A stretch of 48,262 bases of DNA from Shigella phage Sd1, in sequence record MF158042; one strand, given 5' to 3'. Each line of letters opens with the position of its first letter. Position 1 is the stretch's first letter. Of the stretch, positions 8,035-16,250 are shown one piece after another. Below the pieces are notes generated by a model, which saw only the letters and a list, made by a program, of their open reading frames with translations, was not told the origin of the DNA and did not search any database. The position numbers and the translations under genes were made by a program.

Positions 8035-10293
8035 ATGGCGATTTATGACTTAGGAACAGCGTCGCTGGCCGCAAATGGCGAGATAACTGGCGTCGGGACA
8101 ACATGGAAAGCACCTCTTACATTGATCAGAGTTGGTGCAACCATTGTATTTAAAACTGAGCCAGTACAAATTTACACCATATCTGAGATCATCAGCGACA
8201 CACAGATTAATGTTTATAACCCCAATTCTGAAACTGCCCCTGCCGGAACTGGTTACGCGATTCTTGCTCACGATGGGATTACCGTTCAGGGTTTGGCTCA
8301 GGATGTTGCTGAAACTCTGCGTTACTATCAGTCAAAAGAAACTTCAATTGAGTCCTTAATTGAAATAATTGAAAACTCAGATATTGATGTTATTGATGGT
8401 AAAATTCAGGAAATGCAGCAAATTCTAAGTAGCACAATGGCAGCAGAAGCGTCAGCAAAATCAAGTAGTGATAGCGCTCTTGAATACAGTAATGAATCGA
8501 TAAACAGTTCTAATGAGTCAAAGTCTGCAAGGGATGAGGCGGTAGCTGCTAAGAATTCGACAATTGAAGCTATTAATAACGCAGGAGATGCTGGAACACT
8601 GGTTACACTCTCCAATTCTAGCGGCGCTTCTCTTATCGGCACGGCTGATGGCGTCACTGTTCAGGAGGCAATTACAAATATAAACTCCGAACTAAGCTCT
8701 GTGAGTGGTTTGAGGGGAGATTTAGCCAGTGTAGATGGTTCAAGTTTGGTCTATCTCCCGAGCTACGATGACCTGCGTTCGTATTCTGGCACAGCAACAT
8801 ATCTATATGTCAGAGGGCGAAGTGCTGGAACCACATTGGCCTGTGGGTGGTTTGGCATTTCCCTTGAGGATACTACAACGCCAGACGATGACGGGACAAT
8901 TTTAGTCGACGCCCTCAATCGGAGATGGGTTCGTATATTTAATGGGGTCTTACTTCCAGAATGGTTTGGGGCCGATCCATCAGGAACTTCAGATTGCACG
9001 AGCGCTTTTAATAAATGCTTCGCATCTGCAAAAGGAAAAGAGGTAAAACTAGGCGGTAAGTATAAATTCCTTAACCCTATTGTAGTTGACTACGGGGATC
9101 AGTATAGCCTCAAGGTTAGTGGCACCGGGAGCTCAAACCATAAGAGTGGCGCGAAGACAGATAACTACTGTTATCTTGATTTTGATGATATCCCAGAAGG
9201 CTCGAGAGCTTTAACATTCAAAGGTGTAAGAGGTCTTAACCTAAATGATTTCCATATATCACACCGTAAAGCTAGCTCGTCGGTATCGATTGCTTTATGG
9301 ATTACTCAGCTTGATAACTTTAAAATTGATGGTTTAAGTATAGATTCAAATTCTGGCCCATCTGGTCAGGGTATTCGTTTCGGAGAGTCTAGTGGTGAAG
9401 ACTGTGCTTTCATGGGGTCGGTGTCAAATTGCAAAGTATGGATGCACGGGGGCGGGCCAGCATTTGCAGTGCAACCTTTATGCACATCAATAACACTAAA
9501 GAACTGCTATCAAATAGGGGGGTATTATTATTTTCAAGGCTGCATTTACATGTCCATGCTATCTTGTGCCTCAGAAGGAAGTCAGGTAAACGGTTATGGT
9601 TATGTTCTGTATTCCGTGAAAGGGCTCACGGCCATAAACTGTGCAGGTGAGGGAAATAAAAATGGAGTTTTTTACATTTCTAATGGATCAAGTAACGTAG
9701 AAATAATTTCTCCTTTTGGCTCTGGCAACAACTCGGGTAATACAGCTATACCTGGCGCCCTTGTTTATGTGGATGGAAGTAGTGGGTTTAATGCTAATAT
9801 TCATATAGATAACCCCGTGAGCGAGAATCAAGGCTCAAACACAGTTAATGATATTGGTTTTAGTTCTTCCAATAAAAACATTAGTGTATCAAACGTGTAT
9901 TCGCAGAATCTATCAAAAGGAATCGGTGGCTCTGATTCGTGGGCGGCTTTAGATCTTAGTGTTAGTGGGGATTTATCACAAAGGCGATTTACCTTCACCA
10001 CTAGTGGTTTCACGGTGTCATCACCGGTGATGAGTGGGAGGTACGTTAGAAATGGTAAGAGGGTTGATTTCCACCTATCATTTAGCGGAAGCTCTGTAAT
10101 AAACACAACACTTGGCTCGAGCCTTTTACAGCTTCCATTTGGTTCGTTGGTTGCTGAATCAGTATGCTCTGTTACTAGTAATACTGGCACCAGTTTTGGA
10201 AATGCAATCATAAATTCCAGTGGAAATATCTATTTACCAACAACTAGCGGAGCCACTGGTTTTGTAATTTCTGGCTCAATCATCACGGAATAA
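8035..10293 (+). CDS. Tailspike/tail fiber with conserved N-terminal anchor domain and beta-helix (pectate-lyase-like, putative depolymerase) body
   Basis: N-terminus MAIYDLGTASLAANGEITGVGTTWK... of the phage fiber N-terminal type; Ser/Asn/Gly-rich repetitive beta-strand composition with many NxxG/SxxN motifs; ATG with ggag SD. Confidence 0.6.
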   Translation: MAIYDLGTASLAANGEITGVGTTWKAPLTLIRVGATIVFKTEPVQIYTISEIISDTQINVYNPNSETAPAGTGYAILAHDGITVQGLAQDVAETLRYYQSKETSIESLIEIIENSDIDVIDGKIQEMQQILSSTMAAEASAKSSSDSALEYSNESINSSNESKSARDEAVAAKNSTIEAINNAGDAGTLVTLSNSSGASLIGTADGVTVQEAITNINSELSSVSGLRGDLASVDGSSLVYLPSYDDLRSYSGTATYLYVRGRSAGTTLACGWFGISLEDTTTPDDDGTILVDALNRRWVRIFNGVLLPEWFGADPSGTSDCTSAFNKCFASAKGKEVKLGGKYKFLNPIVVDYGDQYSLKVSGTGSSNHKSGAKTDNYCYLDFDDIPEGSRALTFKGVRGLNLNDFHISHRKASSSVSIALWITQLDNFKIDGLSIDSNSGPSGQGIRFGESSGEDCAFMGSVSNCKVWMHGGGPAFAVQPLCTSITLKNCYQIGGYYYFQGCIYMSMLSCASEGSQVNGYGYVLYSVKGLTAINCAGEGNKNGVFYISNGSSNVEIISPFGSGNNSGNTAIPGALVYVDGSSGFNANIHIDNPVSENQGSNTVNDIGFSSSNKNISVSNVYSQNLSKGIGGSDSWAALDLSVSGDLSQRRFTFTTSGFTVSSPVMSGRYVRNGKRVDFHLSFSGSSVINTTLGSSLLQLPFGSLVAESVCSVTSNTGTSFGNAIINSSGNIYLPTTSGATGFVISGSIITE

Positions 10294-10310
10294 AAATTGA
10301 GAGGTTTATG

Positions 10311-10344
10311 TAAATAAAAAGGCCCCGAAAGGGGCCTTATCTTT
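10311..10344. terminator. Bidirectional rho-independent terminator (ggcccc-gaaa-ggggcc)
   Basis: Perfect 6-bp GC stem with A-run upstream and T-rich downstream, between convergent tailspike and SSB genes. Confidence 0.7.
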
Positions 10345-10348
10345 GATA

Positions 10349-10771
10349 TCAGAAAGGGATGTCGTCTTCGAAGTTCTGCTTCTGCTGAGGTTGTTGCCGC
10401 TGCTGTTGCTGTTGTTGGGGCTGTTGTGGTTTTTTCTGTTGTTGCCCACCTTCAACACGCTGACTAAACTCAAGTCTAGGGTTGTTCATGTTAACCGTTA
10501 CGTATGTCTTTCCATCTTTATCGCGAACATCAACCGATAAACTCTCTGCGCTAACGCTAATAACCTTACCTTCTTGAAAGGCCTCATTGTACCAATCTAG
10601 CATTGATTCTTTAGCGAAAAACACAGCGCGGTAGTTGGTGTACTGTGATTGACCATCCTTATCTTTATATCGCTCACTAAAGTCAACTGCAAACATTTTC
10701 CAGTTACCATTGGCGTTTTGACCTTCTTTAGTGAATGGAGCGCGGCGAATCTGACCAGTAATTACGTGCAT
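10349..10771 (-). CDS. ssb: Single-stranded DNA-binding protein
   Basis: OB-fold-length protein with Gln/Pro-rich linker and acidic C-terminal tail ending DDIPF. Confidence 0.75.
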   Translation of the reverse strand: MHVITGQIRRAPFTKEGQNANGNWKMFAVDFSERYKDKDGQSQYTNYRAVFFAKESMLDWYNEAFQEGKVISVSAESLSVDVRDKDGKTYVTVNMNNPRLEFSQRVEGGQQQKKPQQPQQQQQQRQQPQQKQNFEDDIPF

Positions 10772-10818
10772 GTTATATTCTCTTCTCGTTTGATTATGGG
10801 GCAGAAGCCCCGTTTAAT

Positions 10819-11469
10819 TTAGAACTGCTCGATTGATTGTGATTCTACCGCTTCATTCGTTGCGTTTGCAACAACTTTAGTTACTTCTTTAGGTTTTGCT
10901 GGGTTGAAGCCGCTTGCAGAAGCCATCTTAATCTCTGCTTGCTTTTCGATGATAGCTTTCTCAACAATACCCCAAGTTGCGGCATCTGCTTGTGATTTGC
11001 AAGCCTTGTAAACCTCTACAAGTTCATCGCGAGTCTCTGCTTTCTCTACTTCGCGCTTCCAGTCCTTGACGCTCTTAACCGCAAGATTGCCGTCATCATC
11101 AGCCTGACTAAGACCGAGAGCTGCCGTAATAGCATATCGTCGACCGTACGTTAATGATGAGCCGGTCCCTTGGCAATCATTTTTAGCTAGCGGAACGATA
11201 GTAAGAAAAGAAACCCATTCAGCAGACTTAGCGTGATAAATCTTAGTCTCAACCTTAATCTGATTTGAAACTTCTGACTCAAGCATGCTCTGGAACATTA
11301 CTAGCCCGCTATCTTCTAAACCTGGCTCTACAGCCGCAAGAACATCATCCAGAGTAGCGTATTTGTTCTTTAGATGTAAGTTCTGCTTTGACTTTTCTGC
11401 CTTCGTAAACTTACTCTTAGCTTCAAATAGAGCCTGTAAAACTGATTTGTTGCTTTCTGAAGTTTTCAT
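10819..11469 (-). CDS. Putative single-strand annealing protein (ERF-like)
   Basis: About 216 aa, sits between exonuclease and SSB genes; GSSLTYGRRY segment; family assignment is tentative. Confidence 0.45.
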   Translation of the reverse strand: MKTSESNKSVLQALFEAKSKFTKAEKSKQNLHLKNKYATLDDVLAAVEPGLEDSGLVMFQSMLESEVSNQIKVETKIYHAKSAEWVSFLTIVPLAKNDCQGTGSSLTYGRRYAITAALGLSQADDDGNLAVKSVKDWKREVEKAETRDELVEVYKACKSQADAATWGIVEKAIIEKQAEIKMASASGFNPAKPKEVTKVVANATNEAVESQSIEQF

Positions 11470-11703
11470 TTATTCACCAATCCATTTTGCATTGTGATAT
11501 GAATCTAAAGTCATAAGACCAAAAGAAATTAAGTCATTTAAAAGAGCGTAATATATAATCTCTCTTTTGAAATAAATCCTTTCTTTACTTTTGATATCAG
11601 CGAATGCCCACACAACACCCTCACTTTCGCTGCTAAACTTACTCAAGATCTTACTTTTGCTTTCTTCTAGCTGATCTTTAAGTAACTTAATTTCATCTTT
11701 CAT
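11470..11703 (-). CDS. Hypothetical protein
   Basis: ORF preceded by conserved leader and promoter P4. Confidence 0.4.
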   Translation of the reverse strand: MKDEIKLLKDQLEESKSKILSKFSSESEGVVWAFADIKSKERIYFKREIIYYALLNDLISFGLMTLDSYHNAKWIGE

Positions 11704-11732
11704 GTTTTGATCCTCTCGTTGTCAATGAGGTA

Positions 11733-11775
11733 ACTATACCTCACCTATTAAATGTTGTTTTAGCAATTAGTGCTG
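11733..11775 (-). promoter_or_regulatory. Palindrome-type promoter P4 (tagcaattagtgctg, 22-bp spacer, TATAGT)
   Basis: Same architecture; site overlaps exonuclease stop codon. Confidence 0.55.
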
Positions 11776-12728
11776 TTTTCGTATTTCTTCATCTCATATT
11801 CTGGTATCTGTAAATCCATTTCCGTTTCGCCAAATCCGTAACCAGGCCATATATCAAGTTTCTTGCATTGTTTGTATGTTGATAAGGCGCTCATGTACTG
11901 TAATCTACCAACTTTCAAATGCTCCTTTGTTATTGTGTAGCACATTGGTAGGTACGGACTCTCTTTTTCCTGCGCCAATAGCTGAACAACAACTCGCCTC
12001 TTTTCATTAAAGGCTCGCACAAACAGGTCATGCTGAAGTGCCATTTTTAACAAATAACCATGCTTAAAGGCAAGGCGACCGAAACCTGACGGAGAGGCGT
12101 CGCTAGTTGTTTTGTAATCTCGGATATAAACAACATCACCAACAACATCAACATGATCCAGCCTTACCTTAACTCCGCACTCGTTAATCTCGCCGAAGAT
12201 TGATAACTCTCGCTGAGCGGTTTCACTGTTAACTATGGCGTTGTAAGCGGGAATGCCACACAACACTTCTCTCATCGCCTGTACAGTGTCAAAGTCCTTA
12301 GCCAATACAATCTCGCGGCCTTCGGCTTTAATCTCGCTAGAGCGCTGGATATCCCACCATACGTTTAGTGATTCGCCAGTCAGCGCCAGCATCTCCATCA
12401 ATTCGGGATAATCCTTCCCGGAAGTACCAGCAATACCCATAGACTTCAATCGAGTTGCTAAGGCTGCTTTACTGGTAATAAGGTCTTCAAACTCTTCCTG
12501 TGCTGGCTGTCGGTAATAAGTAGAATCGAATACTGAGTTTTCAAGAATAACCGTATGGGCTAGAGTGCCAAACTTAAGCGCCTTACTCTCGTCATCATGC
12601 TCAGCGTATTTATATGCAGCAGGGCAAGTTGAGAATATGTGAGCCAGACCAGAGCCAGACACATGGTCAGACTCCTGATGGTAGGCTTCGTTGGTTAACT
12701 CATCGTTAGTGTAAACCTTGAAGCTCAT
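11760..12728 (-). CDS. PD-(D/E)XK family exonuclease (recombination partner of annealase)
   Basis: Motif block VRLDHVDVVGDVVYIRDYKTT (D...D/E-x-K) in translation; position next to annealase and SSB. Confidence 0.55.
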   Translation of the reverse strand: MSFKVYTNDELTNEAYHQESDHVSGSGLAHIFSTCPAAYKYAEHDDESKALKFGTLAHTVILENSVFDSTYYRQPAQEEFEDLITSKAALATRLKSMGIAGTSGKDYPELMEMLALTGESLNVWWDIQRSSEIKAEGREIVLAKDFDTVQAMREVLCGIPAYNAIVNSETAQRELSIFGEINECGVKVRLDHVDVVGDVVYIRDYKTTSDASPSGFGRLAFKHGYLLKMALQHDLFVRAFNEKRRVVVQLLAQEKESPYLPMCYTITKEHLKVGRLQYMSALSTYKQCKKLDIWPGYGFGETEMDLQIPEYEMKKYENSTNC

Positions 12729-12731
12729 GAT

Positions 12732-12926
12732 TTACTCCTTAACCTTAATCACCTTAACAACCCCACCCAACTCTTCATCGTTAATACTACCCCATTCCAT
12801 AGCCTCAGCTTTCGTAGCGAATCGCTTAGCATCAGCTTTATGGTCGCAGTAACCTGAACCATCTTCGCAGTAGTAGACCGTGCCGAAAATCGGATTGTTT
12901 CGCTCTTGAATAATGAAGTATGCCAT
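12732..12926 (-). CDS. Hypothetical protein
   Basis: ORF. Confidence 0.4.
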   Translation of the reverse strand: MAYFIIQERNNPIFGTVYYCEDGSGYCDHKADAKRFATKAEAMEWGSINDEELGGVVKVIKVKE

Positions 12927-13054
12927 TTCTCTATCTCTCTTTGTTTGTGTGATTTAACTATGCCATCCGTAGCTAGGTTTATCCAATTGGTTTTGCCTAT
13001 TGTTTAACTGGAAACATTTTTGCCTCCTGTACTGGAAACGTTTTTGTTTACTGA

Positions 13055-13687
13055 TTACTTTTTATCCAACTTAAGCAAGCCGCCATTATCTAAAAGATTA
13101 GAAACCAGCTCATCCTTATCGATTACCTTCTGGCAAAGAATCTCACACTGAGATTGATATGAGTAGACCATCTCAAGAGCATCAAAGAGCCTGCTGGATT
13201 CAGACTTAACTTTATATAGCTCCTCGTGAACCTCCTCACCATTTGGAGCTTTATCAATGTACTTGTAGATAATCTTCTCTAGCTTGTAAACCTCATCCTC
13301 GGCGCGATTACGTGCTGCTAGCTCCTTGTTCGTTTGAAGCTTCTCTTTCAATACCATATCGTAAGATACCATCTTAGCCATGTGCTCTTTGAGTAACTTA
13401 TTCTCCCGCTCAAGGTGAAGCCAGCGATCAATGATTCTAGCAGCAATTTCTTGGCTATAACCAGCCATCAAAATCATCGTTTCCCTGAATTTTAGGTTAT
13501 ACATTGGTAAATCCTTGTTCTGGCTTGATTTGTAGGAGGATACAAATTTGTATTCTCCTCCATCACCAAACTGCCTATTAAGCATATCCCTAACATCCCT
13601 TAGTACTATAAAGTGTTCCTTGCCAGTTAATTCAGCAATCTCAAGGCTACTCATGGTTACGTTTTCATCAATATTCATCAGATTCAT
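13055..13687 (-). CDS. Rha-family phage regulatory protein (start uncertain; 13732 and 13798 are alternatives)
   Basis: N-terminus MNLMNIDENVTMSSLEIAELTGKEHFIVLRDVRDML matches the Rha-type N-terminal pattern. Confidence 0.5.
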   Translation of the reverse strand: MNLMNIDENVTMSSLEIAELTGKEHFIVLRDVRDMLNRQFGDGGEYKFVSSYKSSQNKDLPMYNLKFRETMILMAGYSQEIAARIIDRWLHLERENKLLKEHMAKMVSYDMVLKEKLQTNKELAARNRAEDEVYKLEKIIYKYIDKAPNGEEVHEELYKVKSESSRLFDALEMVYSYQSQCEILCQKVIDKDELVSNLLDNGGLLKLDKK

Positions 13688-13787
13688 ATCTATTCTCTCG
13701 TTACCGCTCCTGAGTTTGAGGAGCGCTTTCATTTGTATCTGCCATTTTTTGGTAGATAGACGCAGCACCATTGCTGCCGATGAGTGC

Positions 13788-13830
13788 ACTATACCCATTC
13801 ATGAAGCATCCGTTTTGATTATTCGTGCTG
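13788..13830 (-). promoter_or_regulatory. Palindrome-type promoter P5 (degenerate site tgattattcgtgctg, 22-bp spacer, TATAGT)
   Basis: Same spacing and -10 as the other copies; left arm degenerate. Confidence 0.45.
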
Positions 13831-14189
13831 TTTTGTATATCGCTGTAAAACGCACCAAAATACGTTTTGCGACTCAGTACGCCGCATGAATGCTGAATGT
13901 AACTCTTGTAACCAATGTATCCACCAATTTTGCACCCTATCTATATCTATATGCATTTCCTCCTTAACAGGAAATCAAACATAGTCTTTTATAAAAACAT
14001 ACCAACATAGCTATAGAGAGTAGTTACAAGATATACATAGTAATATATATAATAATAATAATACTCTAAAACCTTATTATATAAGGATTCTATAGTGTAA
14101 CTAATGCGTATCTGTGCGTAAAAAGCGTATACAATTTTCTGCGGATGAGATTGTATACATCGAGTTACATCGGTTACGCGTATATAAAA

Positions 14190-14233
14190 TAGCACGATTT
14201 GCTAAAGACTACCGCATCAGCCTTTGCTATAGT
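14190..14233 (+). promoter_or_regulatory. Palindrome-type promoter P6 (tagcacgatttgcta, 23-bp spacer, TATAGT)
   Basis: Followed by leader tactccatcgaaacgaaac and ATG at 14274. Confidence 0.55.
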
Positions 14234-14273
14234 TACTCCATCGAAACGAAACATACTTACTAAGGAATACAAA

Positions 14274-14378
14274 ATGACTAACTTAACCACTAACGTAATC
14301 TCTGCAATCTTTGGCGTGGCAGTTACTGGTTTCTTCGTATGGGTTCTGCTGCTGGCTTCAAACTTTAACGGTTTCTAA
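14274..14378 (+). CDS. Small membrane protein (34 aa), not in ORF track
   Basis: MTNLTTNVISAIFGVAVTGFFVWVLLLASNFNGF; single TM helix; directly downstream of promoter P6. Confidence 0.35.
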   Translation: MTNLTTNVISAIFGVAVTGFFVWVLLLASNFNGF

Positions 14379-14388
14379 GGTGAATAAG

Positions 14389-14610
14389 ATGAAAAAACTA
14401 ATCGTTATCGCAGCAATGATGTTAGGTGGGTGCTCTACGATGCCAGAACGCACTTGTACGGCGGTTTATGAGTCAGGTGGAATGAGTTACTCGGTTTATG
14501 TTTTTGGCACGCAGAAGCGCGGTGAGGAGCTTTTACTTAGGGCTGGATATCCATTCTCGTTTCAGTACGTCTCTGAGCGGAATTTTAAAGACCACGATTG
14601 TAGTGGTTGA
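14389..14610 (+). CDS. Lipoprotein (73 aa); possible Cor-like superinfection-exclusion protein
   Basis: Signal peptide with lipobox MMLGGC; aaggtgaataag SD; lies at the end of the tail module; the exclusion role is positional inference only. Confidence 0.5.
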   Translation: MKKLIVIAAMMLGGCSTMPERTCTAVYESGGMSYSVYVFGTQKRGEELLLRAGYPFSFQYVSERNFKDHDCSG

Positions 14611-14613
14611 TAA

Positions 14614-14644
14614 AGAAAAAGCCCCGAAAGGGGCTTATTTAATT
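14614..14644. terminator. Bidirectional rho-independent terminator (gcccc-gaaa-ggggc)
   Basis: GC stem flanked by A-run and T-run between convergent genes. Confidence 0.7.
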
Positions 14645-15203
14645 AAATGTTTTCAAATGGCAACATCACATTGCTGCCATCTATTGATTCTAATTTGCAT
14701 TTAAAATCAGGACCATCCACAATAGCCGTAACATCATCGTGCTCCCAATTCCTTGTACCATCCCAATCATAGTATAACATAGAATGCCAAGGCTCTATTC
14801 TCTTGCGGATATATTCAATGTCAACCCTCGGGAATGGGAATATTTCTCCACCTGGATCGGCGTCAAAGTAACCGTCAATGCAGAAAAATTTTATATTAAA
14901 TTCAGGCTTTAAATCCAAAAACTCAACTAATTCTGCGCCAGTTTTAATTGTTGACTGGTACCTATCTCCATACTTATGACCATCTGGATAAGATTTTGTA
15001 TCGATCACATTTGAAGAAAAGATGTAGTCCTTTATCTCTCTTGCTATTAAGTGATTTCCGAATGGAAGCATTTGCTCATTAGGTAAAACTGTAAAAGCTC
15101 CATCATACCACTCAATGTCAATCATAAATGGACCTTGATATATATGCGTATTATTAGTTACCCAGAACACAAATCTAACTGAGTTTTCCTTTAATTCATT
15201 CAT
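14643..15203 (-). CDS. Hypothetical protein (186 aa) at distal end of tail operon
   Basis: ORF; no recognisable motifs. Confidence 0.45.
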   Translation of the reverse strand: MNELKENSVRFVFWVTNNTHIYQGPFMIDIEWYDGAFTVLPNEQMLPFGNHLIAREIKDYIFSSNVIDTKSYPDGHKYGDRYQSTIKTGAELVEFLDLKPEFNIKFFCIDGYFDADPGGEIFPFPRVDIEYIRKRIEPWHSMLYYDWDGTRNWEHDDVTAIVDGPDFKCKLESIDGSNVMLPFENI

Positions 15204-15213
15204 TTATTTCTCC

Positions 15214-15897
15214 TTAATCGTAGTTTGATGTATTAATTGCCACCGCAGTAACCCCAGTGTTTATTGAACCAGTTTGAGAGCCAGGTACAGTATTGTATCC
15301 AGCCGCCCTTATCCTGGTTCTAGAGCCGTTGTAGTTAGCTGTTGTGTAGAGGTCAATTGTATACCTCTGAGGTATACCTCCAACAATTTGCTCAGATATT
15401 ATTGCCCCTAACCTCCTCGGCGATACCGCCCATGATCCCGACAGTGATGATTCTGTATCTATGTTTATACCGCCTCCAGCTTGCCCTGGAGTTCCAATAG
15501 TTCTTAAATCTGAAAGCACCTTCGTTTCGTTAGTTAGTATTAACTTACCAGCAGCATCCCATATTGCCATACCCCAATCAGGTAATGTTTGCGTGAATAT
15601 CCCGAAAATATATACTGTGGCAGTAAAATTTTCTCCGCTTGAGTTTTGCGCTGTGAAGTAAACATTTCCGGAGTTTGGCCCACTTGTGAATCTGTAAGCA
15701 GCAATTCCCGTACCTGTGTTTGTCTCTGTCGTCTTTGCGAAAACCATGCAAGGTATATCATTTGGAACTGGTATGTAAACTGAACCTGTCATACCACCAC
15801 TACCAGAATGGGTTGTTTTTTTGTATAAAGCAAAAGGTGTTGAGTTTGGGGTTATGAATGGATTTCCATTAACATCAATCATTGCACCATAAGACAT
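15214..15897 (-). CDS. Hypothetical tail-associated protein (start at MSYGAMIDVNGN)
   Basis: Beta-rich Gly/Thr/Ser/Asn composition; N-terminus resembles that of the upstream 101-aa protein; TAATG overlap with it. Confidence 0.4.
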   Translation of the reverse strand: MSYGAMIDVNGNPFITPNSTPFALYKKTTHSGSGGMTGSVYIPVPNDIPCMVFAKTTETNTGTGIAAYRFTSGPNSGNVYFTAQNSSGENFTATVYIFGIFTQTLPDWGMAIWDAAGKLILTNETKVLSDLRTIGTPGQAGGGINIDTESSLSGSWAVSPRRLGAIISEQIVGGIPQRYTIDLYTTANYNGSRTRIRAAGYNTVPGSQTGSINTGVTAVAINTSNYD

Positions 15898-16202
15898 TAT
15901 TGATTCTCCAGATAAATTACAAGGTAGCACTCTTCTGCTGGATAAACTCCATCTCCAGGCGTTGTTGTTGCTGATATCGTTATAGCGTTTCCACTTGCGG
16001 TTATCTTTCTGGCTGCCTCATTTCCACCAACACTCAAGCTGACTGTGTAACCTAACTTTGTTCCAGACGGTATTGTGTATGAGTAACTCCCTGAAGTTTG
16101 ACCAGTCTCAAGCTTAACAACCGCAACAACCGTGACTGGCTTAATCCCATAGTTATTGTAATTACCATTCGCATCATATGTAGCAATTCCATACTCAGCC
16201 AT
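15897..16202 (-). CDS. Hypothetical tail-associated protein (101 aa)
   Basis: N-terminus MAEYGIATYDANGN similar to downstream paralog; directly downstream of J-like gene. Confidence 0.4.
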   Translation of the reverse strand: MAEYGIATYDANGNYNNYGIKPVTVVAVVKLETGQTSGSYSYTIPSGTKLGYTVSLSVGGNEAARKITASGNAITISATTTPGDGVYPAEECYLVIYLENQ

Positions 16203-16250
16203 AAAATTCCTCCTGTTGATAAGGGCAATTCCATTTGCCCATTCTATCAG

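Noticed and set aside
8050-10211. Several minus-strand and alternative-frame ORFs inside the tailspike gene (8050-8271, 8406-8657, 8763-8999, 9828-10211)
   Set aside because: All are nested antisense within one long, well-supported coding sequence.
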